From assembly GCA_001949185.1 (NCBI GenBank), contig BDGG01000014.1, positions 1,395,378-1,459,377 on the forward strand: a stretch of 64,000 nt of DNA, given 5' to 3'. Source of the DNA: Ramazzottius varieornatus. Its lineage: Eukaryota > Animalia > Tardigrada. Position numbers and translations under genes: made by a program. Each line of letters starts with the position of its first letter. The stretch's first letter is position 1. The notes beneath the pieces were generated by a model, which saw only the letters and a list, made by a program, of their open reading frames with translations, was not told the origin of the DNA and ran no database searches. Shown here one piece after another: positions 54,101 through 64,000 of this stretch.

Positions 54101-54974
54101 GTTCAGCTGACCTGATTTAGCGTTGACCATGTAGGTATCAGGCGTCCATATCCGCTTGATTTGCTCCACCGTCCGCAGGACAATCTTGCGTTTCGAAAGG
54201 TTCTGAGGATATTGTAGTCGGGCATCTCGCCACCTTTCAACCAGCAAAAACGGTCAACTCACCTGACTGAATAGCTATTCTTTTCTTCAGATTCAAAGGG
54301 AAAATACGATACCTTTGATTCAGGTAGAAATCGATCGTTAGGTCCTACAATGATGTAGTGGTGAAGCGAGCGATTAGCCGATTACTGGTACAATTTCCAG
54401 TGATTTGGTAATAATTACCATTGCTTGTACGTCGATGGAGCTGATGAACATAATGTCCAGTGACAAGTTAGCCCTTGTGGGTTCCGTCAGCTCTGTAAGG
54501 AAAGTTTTGTCGGTCATTGGGGAGGATGAAGGGACTTTTTTAATGTGTCGGGTGGGGCGTGTGTACTGTAATAAGTTACAGTGTGCACAGAATGAGTATA
54601 TTAAGGAGAATAATTCGGTTACAGTGTGCGTATAATGAGTATAAGGAGTGTACTGTACTACTTGAAAGATAATCTTCAAAGTCAACAGTGGAATGTATGG
54701 AGCTCTTAATCTTGCTGTGATAACTTTGAGGAGGAAATTGGCCCACTGTACAAAGTATACAGTGTGGCATTACATGCGCACACAGCATGGCTGGGAGGAA
54801 GTCAAGTCGTCTGTCAGGAGGGGCTGCATCTCTGTGTGAGCGAGGCGGAAGTTGTCTGTAAGAGCTTACCATTCTCCAGATCGCCTTCTTGGAATGTCGG
54901 CCATTTGTCAATGTCATATCCTTGCAGAACAATGTCCAACAAATTTTGTTTACCTCCCGCTCCGTCGCACAACC
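51197..54974 (-). CDS. Anion-selective Cys-loop ligand-gated ion channel subunit (GlyR/HisCl/GluCl superfamily); signal-peptide exon not located
   Basis: LLDIVLQGYDIDKWP, WRDARL, IWTPDTY, Cys loop CEMHFGMYPVDTQVC, PARVSLGITTFLT, LPPVSYVKAIDIW, and M4 IDIYARWLYPLAFLLFNVVYW. Confidence 0.92.
52196..53015. mobile_element. ~820 bp non-autonomous TIR element in the channel intron
   Basis: Left end gggaggttgatatcgaacttgattagcgtag and right end ctacgctagtcaagtttgatatcaacctccc are 31 bp inverted repeats with 2 mismatches. Internal ctacgctaatc-like sub-repeats occur and no transposase ORF is present. Confidence 0.72.
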
Positions 54975-55119
54975 TGTAAAGACAACCGTTTTTACTCTAC
55001 AACATCACTCAAGACTGATTGACAGTCTAGATCCGCATTGACAAAACCCAACACAAGAAGTATGCCCTCCCATTCACTCAAAGAAACTTTAGCTTGCCAT
55101 GCTACCGGGCAAATTCCGC

Positions 55120-55262
55120 TTTTCTACCCCCCCCCCCCCCGAATTTCCAACATTTTTTGGTATCCCGGTTTNNNNNNNNNNNNNNNNNNNNNNNNNNNNN
55201 NNNNNNNNNNNNNNNNNNNNNCGTTTTTTTACCCCCCCCCCCCCGATTTTCCAACATTTTTT
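55120..55262. repeat. Direct repeat (poly-C + ga(a)tttccaacatttttt) on both sides of an assembly gap
   Basis: ttttctaccccccccccccccgaatttccaacatttttt [N50] tttttaccccccccccccgattttccaacattttt. Confidence 0.6.
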
Positions 55263-58200
55263 GTTATCCTGTTTTTCAGCTTGACGAATCGAGATATCTT
55301 TACCCTTTCGATACTGCAGCAAAAGGTGGTCTTTGTTAGATTTAAGCAATCTGCATGCAGCACAATTTGTTTATGGGGTGAGTCTATTGGCAGTGCAGAA
55401 GTGCTAGGGCAGCTAGTGGGTGACTTTTATGCGCAATATCCGCTGGAGTGATAGGCTTTTAACGAGGATGGCCCCTTGATATTCGATAGTTAAAGTAGGG
55501 CCGAGTATATGGTTGACGATGGTCATTACACAGCGTCGTCGGCAGCGAAAAGCTCGTTGGCGCCGACTGGCAAGAGCTGCCTGACATAGGCCGGCCACAG
55601 AAAGGCAAGATGTTTTTTGGGGCAACATACGGGCCTGGGAGGCAGCACTTGAAGATGATGAGGCGCTAGATCTTGTCGACTTTACTGGCAAGTGTCTTGG
55701 GGGAGAGGGCAGCAAGTGTGGCCAGGCAATCAAGCGAGACGACGCGAGCTGTTGAGAGGACTTGATAGACACACCAGCACGCCTTGCTCCACCGATCATC
55801 ATATTCACGCTTGGCCAGCTCCCCACAACCCCTACGCTGCTAGACATTCGTCCACAGCTTTTATGCTAGCGCCAGGAAACACTAACGAGGAAGCCAAAGC
55901 TCGCTTGACACAGAAGAAACTTCCTCTGTGCAGACAGATATTTCACCTTGTTTGAAAACTATTATTTCTCTAAGTTTGTGGAAGCAAAGTTTTGGGAGGT
56001 TGGACCATTTGGCAGAATTTGCTGCAATCCAAGACAAACGCCGCGTTTGGCGTTAAGGCGACATCTTGGGTTGAGCAGATCAACAAAGACGGCAAGAGGA
56101 CGCAGTTGACGTTACGGAACATAAAGAGGCAATTAAAGGGCGCAGAAGGAAGGGTCCTTATGACGGGCTGGTCGCAGCGGGATCCCAGCTGGAGGAAATA
56201 GCTGGATTGATGGCGCTCCCGCTGCGCCGCCAACCTATCCCCTTATATATACACCCTGGCTCTCTGCATGCCTTTATAGCGTATTTAGGCAGCCTTCCTC
56301 CTGTAGCCAGCCAACCCCTAATCTTCTCAGACAAGCAAATCCTTCCAAATGAAAAAAAACAACGTCAAGTGGCAGGCCGACTGCCGTATGCAGCTGCCAG
56401 CCTCACTCTTTATATAGCTTGGCTTCCCCGCTCTCCCCTTTTTGTATTCGAGGCATTTGCATTGCAAACGCCCGTCACATTACATATTACAACGTGCTAA
56501 GATGTCGTCTCCAGGACCGAGCCGTAATCGTATCAACATCCTCAAGCTATGTTCACTTATAGCCTTTCACGTTGATAGTACGTACGCTAAAGTCAATTCA
56601 CGACTAAATATCCACTTACGTGTCCAACAGCAAAAACAATAACCTTGTTATTTTCCAAAGTTATTCTTCCATCGATCGGTCGTTGGGGAATTTTTTATTT
56701 AGCGCTGTTTCCCGCAGATACAATAGCATGAAGTTTTTCCTGATGTTGACATTAAGGTCAGATTATGTGATAGGGAATCTCCTGCTTGAATTGTAACGGT
56801 GTATTGTAAACGTGCACTGACGTCAGGCGAGTCAATAAAGGGCGGAAAGCGTGACAAAAAGGGGAAAAGCTGCAGTTTGACAGGTAGGAAAGATGGACGA
56901 ACAGCTGCCGCCTCATCGGCATCACACTCTGCATCTCCTGCCAATATTTGCCCTGTTTAAATTTGCAGGGATAACGTGCCTTTAAGCGCAAAGACATATC
57001 GCATCAATAGCCAATGTGAAACGATCAGTCAGTCAAATACTTCATCCCCTTTCCCAACGTCGGCAGGAGACCTTTCTGCCCACCAAGCACAAAAACCATC
57101 GTCCGAAAACATCTACCAGCACAGAATACAGTAGTTGGCATATCTTTTTCCTTTGTCCTCCTTCCACCTTTTCATATTGGATCACCTCCGAGGCCATCCA
57201 AGCTGATGATTGAGCCTGGCATAGAATCCAGACATTTACTTCCTGCTGGTAGCCCACATATTTCTCCCCATCCCGCACACAATGTATTTAGCTGGCTTCA
57301 AATATCTGCTTGTAGGCCGACCATCTTTTCATCCATTCTTAGGTCGACTTTATCTTTAAATGACGTTCCGCCCAAAGTAAAGCAGGACCGTCAAGTCGAT
57401 GCCGAAAGCTTGGAAGGTGCACTATGAGCGATGGAGATATTTGGTCGGTGATATGAAATTGAATTGTCTTGATGGTAGGGGATGGGCTAGCGATGGCGAT
57501 TAGGCCGATGATCATGGAGGAAGGATTAGGTGGCGAACCTAATTGCTTGGCTCTCAGGTTTCAGCGAAGCAGCGGTGCCCGGCACTAGGCGCTCCTTTCC
57601 CTGGGCCGTGAGCGTGCATTAGAATACAAAATGCTGCAAAAGGTTGTTGAAGAGTGTTTACATGGAAGAAAGCTGGAACAGTGAAGTTGTTGGACAAAGA
57701 GGGCCTTTCGGTTCTTGACAGCTTAATTTGGCCTGCCGATCAAGGCGTAAAGCGATCATTCGATATATCGAGCATGCAAGCCACGGCAAGACCCACTGTA
57801 ATGCCCATCTGTCAGTGCATCGTGCTGCTCCATGCTCGCCTCTAATCATCGCCCATTGTCGGTAACCTTGCATGGCGCTAGGGGATTTGGCCCCTGTGTC
57901 AGGACTCTTCCATGTCCTAGCTTTCAACGACCAGCCAGCAGATGTGAAAAAAGTTGCAGATCAGCGTCAGAACCTTTGTAGGCTGTCTTGTTTGTTTGCT
58001 CCTTTTTTCAATTGATAGTAGGTTGTAAGCTTCGATTATCACGTCGAACTACGCACATCGAACGATAGGTTAATTCGATTATCGACGTAGCACCAGCGAT
58101 GAAAATATTTATTAATGAGCAGGGTTAAAGATCGATGCTTTGCCCAGTATCCCCAGGCCCTTCAGCATTTTTGGCGCATTCACCTTATTCTTTTGAGGTT

Positions 58201-61200
58201 ACGAGCATTCTGCTGCAGTGCAGAGGAAGGTTGTGAGAAATTCAGAAGGTCGAGACATCTTTGCTGCATTACCGAGGTTTGGCTTACCCTTTTGTTAGGA
58301 AGCTGAGGAAGCAGAGGGCCGCCAGTAGGCTTCGTACTGATAGCCAAGTCCAGGTACTAATCCCGTTGATCCGCGCTAACGAAAGCATCATGACCAGAAG
58401 AGTTGACCCACGAGCTTAGAGTCCGCCACGATCCTTGTCCCTTCACGCATTGGCCTTCGAACGAGGTGATGGCCGCAAATTATTAGGATATTCCATTGTA
58501 TGTTAACAGAGAAGTCTGCCACCCCAACGAATCGGTATTGAGGCTGAATACATCAATATTTTGCAACGGTGTTCTCGATAAAGTAAGGAGAGTTCAGCTC
58601 ATATTAGAAAGAACGGGATAGAATTTAGCGTACTTATGGGGACATGTGTTGTCAGCTCGAGCTGGTCCTTGCTGGCGAGTGCCCGGGTCCTTACTGAGAG
58701 TGAAACACGAAGGCTGTAAATATGGCTGCATACATTCCAAGGACCATGATGCAATATATAACATCGCTCCTTGCTCAGAGGAAAAAAGCAGGCGCGTCAG
58801 ACTTTCCTTTTTCACGGCGACGACGACGATGATCCATCCAGAGACGTACAGTATGACACGTCCAGAAGTCGGTTCGCCGTAGCCATGCGCAGCTTGTTGG
58901 CCAGATGAAGCATGGATGGAGGCGCCCAGGGCTAACGTACGCTTGACTGTACCCGGTACGATTGATGCGTGTAGCCAGGGAAGCTTTTGCCTTTGCAGTT
59001 TGCACTATTCCCTACATATTTCAGAGTGCCTTGGCTGGTGATATCTTCAAAGTCAATGGGTGGTCTTTGCTACTTGTCGGCAAAAGTGACTTTATGCAAA
59101 TGTGACGACGGCAGCGATAGGTCAAGGTCCACAGGGTTTTGGGGATGCGGAGCGGAAGAGGCTAATCGTCAAGGCAGATGTGGCGGATATTGCTTAGCCT
59201 AATCGAATATTTGGTGGGGACAAAGACCAGAAGGCCCACAAGTGGACGGCGATGGCTTTGAAGAGGAGCCTTCTCGATTGCGTGGGGGAATATAGGGCCA
59301 ACTAGACTAAGTCTTGTCACTTCCGTTGGGCTTTGGCGGTACGCAGCTGCTGCTGCCGTGCAGGGGCTGCTGGCTGCGTCGGGCCGTGGCGGCTAAGGTT
59401 AGCTAGTTGCCACTTTAGAGGGCCGCCATCATATAGCATCATTTGATTAGGGCAATTGCCGGATGCACTCTCTCACTTCACTCACTCAATTCAGCTCCTC
59501 CAAAGACACTAATCAAGGCGCAACCTCAACTACAACGTCGCAAGCGCAAGCGCACAAGTCCCCACTGCAGGCGCCTTCCTTCCGCCTACTGACACTTTGG
59601 GGCTATGCCCAATTAGCAAGCGCCGCTATGATCACCGTCATTGTCCCATTAAGGCAGCCTTATAAAAACGGAAACGAAGACGGAGGGAGAGCGCCTGTCA
59701 TCCGTGTCTTGGCCTCCAACCCTCTACATGTACAGTTGCCATCAGAGTTGGCAATCTTGAGAAAGTTGATGAAGCAAATGTCAGCCAGCGAACCTTTGCC
59801 GGTAATGCGCATCTACACGTCATCCCTTTTAGAACGTGAACATCAACGCCCGGTCAGCGTACGGTAGGTTGGCCCACTTTGTGAGAAGAGAATATCATTA
59901 TAAAGACCCAGGCTATAAAGGCTTGGCCAGCATAACCCTTCTGGCGCGCTGCTAATATTTGCTTGATAATTACTTACATTGTTGGCAAGACCCATGTAAT
60001 ATGCGCAAAGGATATATCGGTGATGTATCAATGTCCATGAAGGAAAAAGCCATGTAGTGAGGGCTATAGTGTAGCCTGAGACGATATCGATCAGCTTCAG
60101 CTAAGACCCCTTACTAGGCTATCGAGGCATTACAAGAGCGCTTCGTCCTAATCCTCCAACGATCCAACTCCGCCTTACCCATCTAGTCCTCACGCTGCCT
60201 GCCCAAACCGCAGCTGCGGTACCAACAACTGCCGGTGGATCTCTACTTGGTGCGCACAGTGTAGTCTCTGGCTATACGTAAACGGTAGCGTCCAGCTTGA
60301 TCACTTCCGTGCACGTGCAAATCAACAGAGCTGCTTATGTCAAACAAGACCCAATTCGGGTCTTTGTGGACAGCGGGCATTTCTTTGTCATGGCTGGAAC
60401 TGAAGCGCCCCGACGCGCGTAGCACCATGATGCGCAGCTCTTAGTCTCGTCCCGCAGCTCATATTGATGCAGTTTCCGCCGCAATTAGATCAGGGAGGCA
60501 GATACAGTGCACAAGTAGGAAATGCTGCTAGGGACCCGATATCACGTCTGTCAGAGACTTGTCGATCGGCACGTAATATGCAGGGAAATATGTTTGACAT
60601 GCACTAATCTTTTCCGTCATCAAATGACATTAGGGCCCATGCTGCCCCCATCATTTGGTTATCAGCCGGTACCGAGGCAGCCATTAGGCCAGTCCCTACG
60701 GAGAGCGATTTGTGCAGCGCGATTGCAAGCTGATGCTGCCTCCTTAATGGCTATTGTCATGACCTTTTGCCAGCTTGATGGCGCCTAATTACTGATCGCA
60801 CCCGCACTAATGTTGGCATAGCGCCGATTCTACTGCATCTTCCAAGCTGCCATTATCATCATTAGACTTTACTATCAGCTCCCAGTGGCTCTTTTAAAAG
60901 TGTATCATCGAACCCCGCTATCGTATACTACCATACATCTCCTTTATGTGACGGGCTTCAATTCGCCGCCGCATATCTGCATAATAGCTGCTTGAACAGT
61001 TGGATGACTTTCGCCAGTGTTAACATTTTCACTTGGCATGTTTCACTTTTAAAGCCGATTTGTAACCTTGCCAAGGACATGCAGAAGTATTCCATTCTAT
61101 GAGAAACGCCAAGTAACGAATTGTGGTATGATCGGTCGCAGTCATGTTCTGTTTCACGTCCAACATCGACCGCCACCCGTCACGGTTCAAACAGATACTC

Positions 61201-61886
61201 AATTAGTGATGTTGTTACTGTTATACCAGCAATACCATGACGGGTTTTCTGGCACTCTTGCGGTCTGTGCTGCATCAGCGTCCTTGCAAATAAGGGGTCC
61301 TTCCTGTCAGTGTAGTCTGTCTTCTTACGGAGGTCCCTGACGAATTCCGGTACTAACTTAGCTGCCATTCTGTCGTCTGAAGCCTATTTGGTACATTGGC
61401 CCTTCAGGCGGCTCAAGTACCTGCTGGATTAGCGGCACATTCCAAGACCTAGCCAGGCGGCCTCCTTCGACGACTTCTCCTTGGCTTTACCTTTCTAAAC
61501 CTCAAATTTAATTACTGCCTGTTTCTTCGAGAAAACCTATCAAGATCTGACAGTCGCAGTCTCCTTCGACCACCTTGACTTCCTCCCATTCCTATAAATT
61601 TGCTGCCCTCTCCAGCTTTCTTTTTTTTCCGCGTGAAGCTTCGTCGGTAGCACAAGTTAAGCTATCTTGAGAAATCCGACACGCAACAACACAAGTCAAA
61701 CTTAGCTAAGAACACCTACCGGTAAAAGTCCGTTTCACTTCCCGCGGGCTAAGACGCTAAATCACTGTGCAAACGGCTCTGTGTCTAACTGTAAGTTAGG
61801 TGTGGTATCCTTCGACGTCGCAAACCGTTCTGGTCGTCCTTGCTTAACCACGACAATATTTCAAAGGCGTTCTAAACAGTCTCGGG

Positions 61887-62551
61887 ATGGAAAAGCACAA
61901 TGACCCCATTGTACTGTATGATTTTTCGCCAGCAACTGCGCCTGGCGTGTCCGTAACGTGCTGTACTTCAAAATTTTGCCGTACGAGACCAAATCTATCA
62001 ACCTACAGAAGGGCGAGCAACATCACGCCGATTTCCTGCGTTTCAACCCATACGGTGCCGTTCCAGTACTCTTCATCGATGGTATTTTCATTACACAGTC
62101 CATCGCCATCTGTGAGTACCTAGTAGAAACGCGCCCGCAGCCACCCATCTTTCCCTTTGACCCCCATCAACGGGCGCAGGTCCGCCGCACCGTCGAAATC
62201 ATCAATTCATATTTAGTTCCGCTGCAGAATCCGACAACGGCCAAGAAATATTCCAAAGACCCCAATGAGCAACAAGCATGGTCTATGGATTTCTTCACCA
62301 AGGGCTTCGCCGTTCTGGAGAAGGTGCTAGCGGAAACAAGCGGCAGGTACGCGGTGGGTGATCGAGTGACGTTTGCCGACATGTGTCTTGTCCCCCAAGT
62401 CTGGAGGGCCAAACGCATTACTTCGGACTTTAGCCCATACCCCAACATACTTCGCATCAACCAAGAACTTCTGAAACTACCCAGCTTTAGGATGGCTCAT
62501 GCCGTCAATCATTCTCAATGTCCGCCTGACATACAAGGCAAATTTTGCTGA
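61887..62551 (+). CDS. GSTZ1: Glutathione S-transferase zeta / maleylacetoacetate isomerase, intronless CDS with one apparent frameshift near 61922-61926
   Basis: MEKHNDPIVLYDF continues in a different frame as ASNCAWRVRNVL..NPYGAVP..TQSIAICEYL..PLQN..YAVGDRVTFADMCLVPQV. Confidence 0.85.
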
Positions 62552-63439
62552 TTTGTCCTTCTTTCTTTCTCTGCCTGCCTAGACGCCTTCGATGGACGCC
62601 TCCAAAAGTGAATTACGAAAGTTGTAGGAAAGCTAAATTGGTGCATATGGATCCTGCGACCATCCCGGAAGTTAGAAACCTAGCTCTTTAAATAAAACCA
62701 AAAGCAAGCTGGCGTGTGCTGTGTAGAGAGAATCTGCTGACGCCACGATGCCATCTGCAGGCAGCCGGAAGTGATTTGTAAGGTGGCGCATTGCCACAGT
62801 GGCACGTGCTACTAGGTGGAAAACGTCACTAAAGTCGGTCACAAGCATTTCAAGTAATCAAAGCCAATCAACCCTTCCTGCTTATGCCACAAATTTCAGC
62901 AAGTGCGAAGAGCAGTGAGCTTTCCACCATTTTTTATTCCAGGTTTGATCCTCCCTTTCGCTGTTGTTTATCAAGGTGTAGGAATTGCCGTGTCTACCGA
63001 GCGACGATAGGCTCGTGTGATACTAACCTGCACTGCAGCGTTGTATGTTCTGGCTGGGAGCTTGGAGTAGCAAGGAGATTGGAGGTGAGGTGGAACACCG
63101 TGACCTGCGACGAAACGTAAGTTACCACGTCGTAACCTAGAGATTGAGTGGCTGAAACTTCTCTGCCTCCTTTTTTACTGTTGCTTTGCTCTGCAGCTAC
63201 TTTTACTTTGCAACGAGGGAAGGATAGCCAGTGGTCAAGGGCTGGTAGGAAGTGAGTACCATCTAGCCTGTTGTGCTTGGGTTTTGCTCGTTTAATTAGT
63301 ACCCTGGATGATGCTGCTCTTATGGCTTCAGGCTGGCTGGCCTATTGTCATTCCTACCTGTCGACCGGATTTCTTCTCCGACAAAGATGGCGGTATGTCT
63401 CGTAACAGTACTTGCCCTACTAACGCCTAACCCTATACG

Positions 63440-63970
63440 ATGCATGGAAACACAGCTTCATGTTTGCAGGAAGAAATGCACACGAAAAAGTACATTGCCT
63501 TCTCGGAAGACGCCTTGTCGGAGCAAGTGGCGCGGCTGCAGGAGATCTGTTCGCAGCAGGCTTCAGCCATCCAGAATCTCACTACCTCCATTCTTCAAAT
63601 GTCCAAGGTAATAATATTCGACTACAGTTATCTGTGGAAAAGCTTACGGATGGTAGGTAGTATGCCTCTGTGCAGGAGTTGGCTTCCCGACCTGGCCATA
63701 GCTCGAGCACTTCCGGTCAGCACAACAAGCACCAAACACCGGCCAAATCCCACATGGCCAACAGTGCGCCTTCCCACTCCAAGAAGGGCCCTTCAGCCTC
63801 GGCTTCACACCAGCAGAAACGACCCAGTCACCAACCTACCCCCAGCCACAGCAAGATGTCCTCCAATTCAGCTAAACGAGTAAAGGTAGAAAATGTTACT
63901 CATTCGATGCACAGCGACGAAGTGGAAAAGGCTCCAGAAAGCGCGGCCGTTGACTTTGATCGATCTCAAG
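63440..63970 (+). CDS. Partial unknown gene (coiled coil, then basic Ser/His-rich disordered segment); runs off the window
   Basis: EDALSEQVARLQEICSQQASAIQNLTTSILQMSK|gtaata...gcag|ELASRPGHS...AKRVKVE...DRSQ|gtacgt gives an open spliced frame. Confidence 0.5.
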
Positions 63971-64000
63971 GTACGTATCGATGCAGTGATTTGCACCAGT

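Overview
This window is eukaryotic, not prokaryotic: a gene-dense animal genome segment with many short GT-AG introns (mostly ~50-100 nt) and three 50-N assembly gaps. The compact architecture and gene set suggest a small ecdysozoan such as a tardigrade (inference only). Spliced genes reconstructed by eye: group II PAK kinase, PLAA/Doa1, a Cys-rich secreted-type precursor, an unknown gene, a triple-CUB protein, a Cda5-like chitin deacetylase with degenerate metal ligands, an alpha-arrestin, a THAP protein, Apterous/Lhx2/9, AK6, an SDR, TEX10/Ipi1, a divergent PEX13-like gene, a decayed AMT fragment, MRPS12, an RGD-class integrin alpha, an anion-selective Cys-loop channel, a frameshifted GST-zeta and a partial unknown gene. 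There are also several fold-back or TIR elements. The best lead is visible only after splicing: an Alo-3-like knottin with an RGD loop, followed by G-RKRR, inside a multi-module precursor (10.4-11.5 kb). Other leads are the degenerate PEX13, the AMT relic, the integrin alpha's long tail ending in a PDZ-type motif, and a recurrent CAATCAATCG motif near gene 5' ends. All family assignments come from remembered motifs, not database searches.
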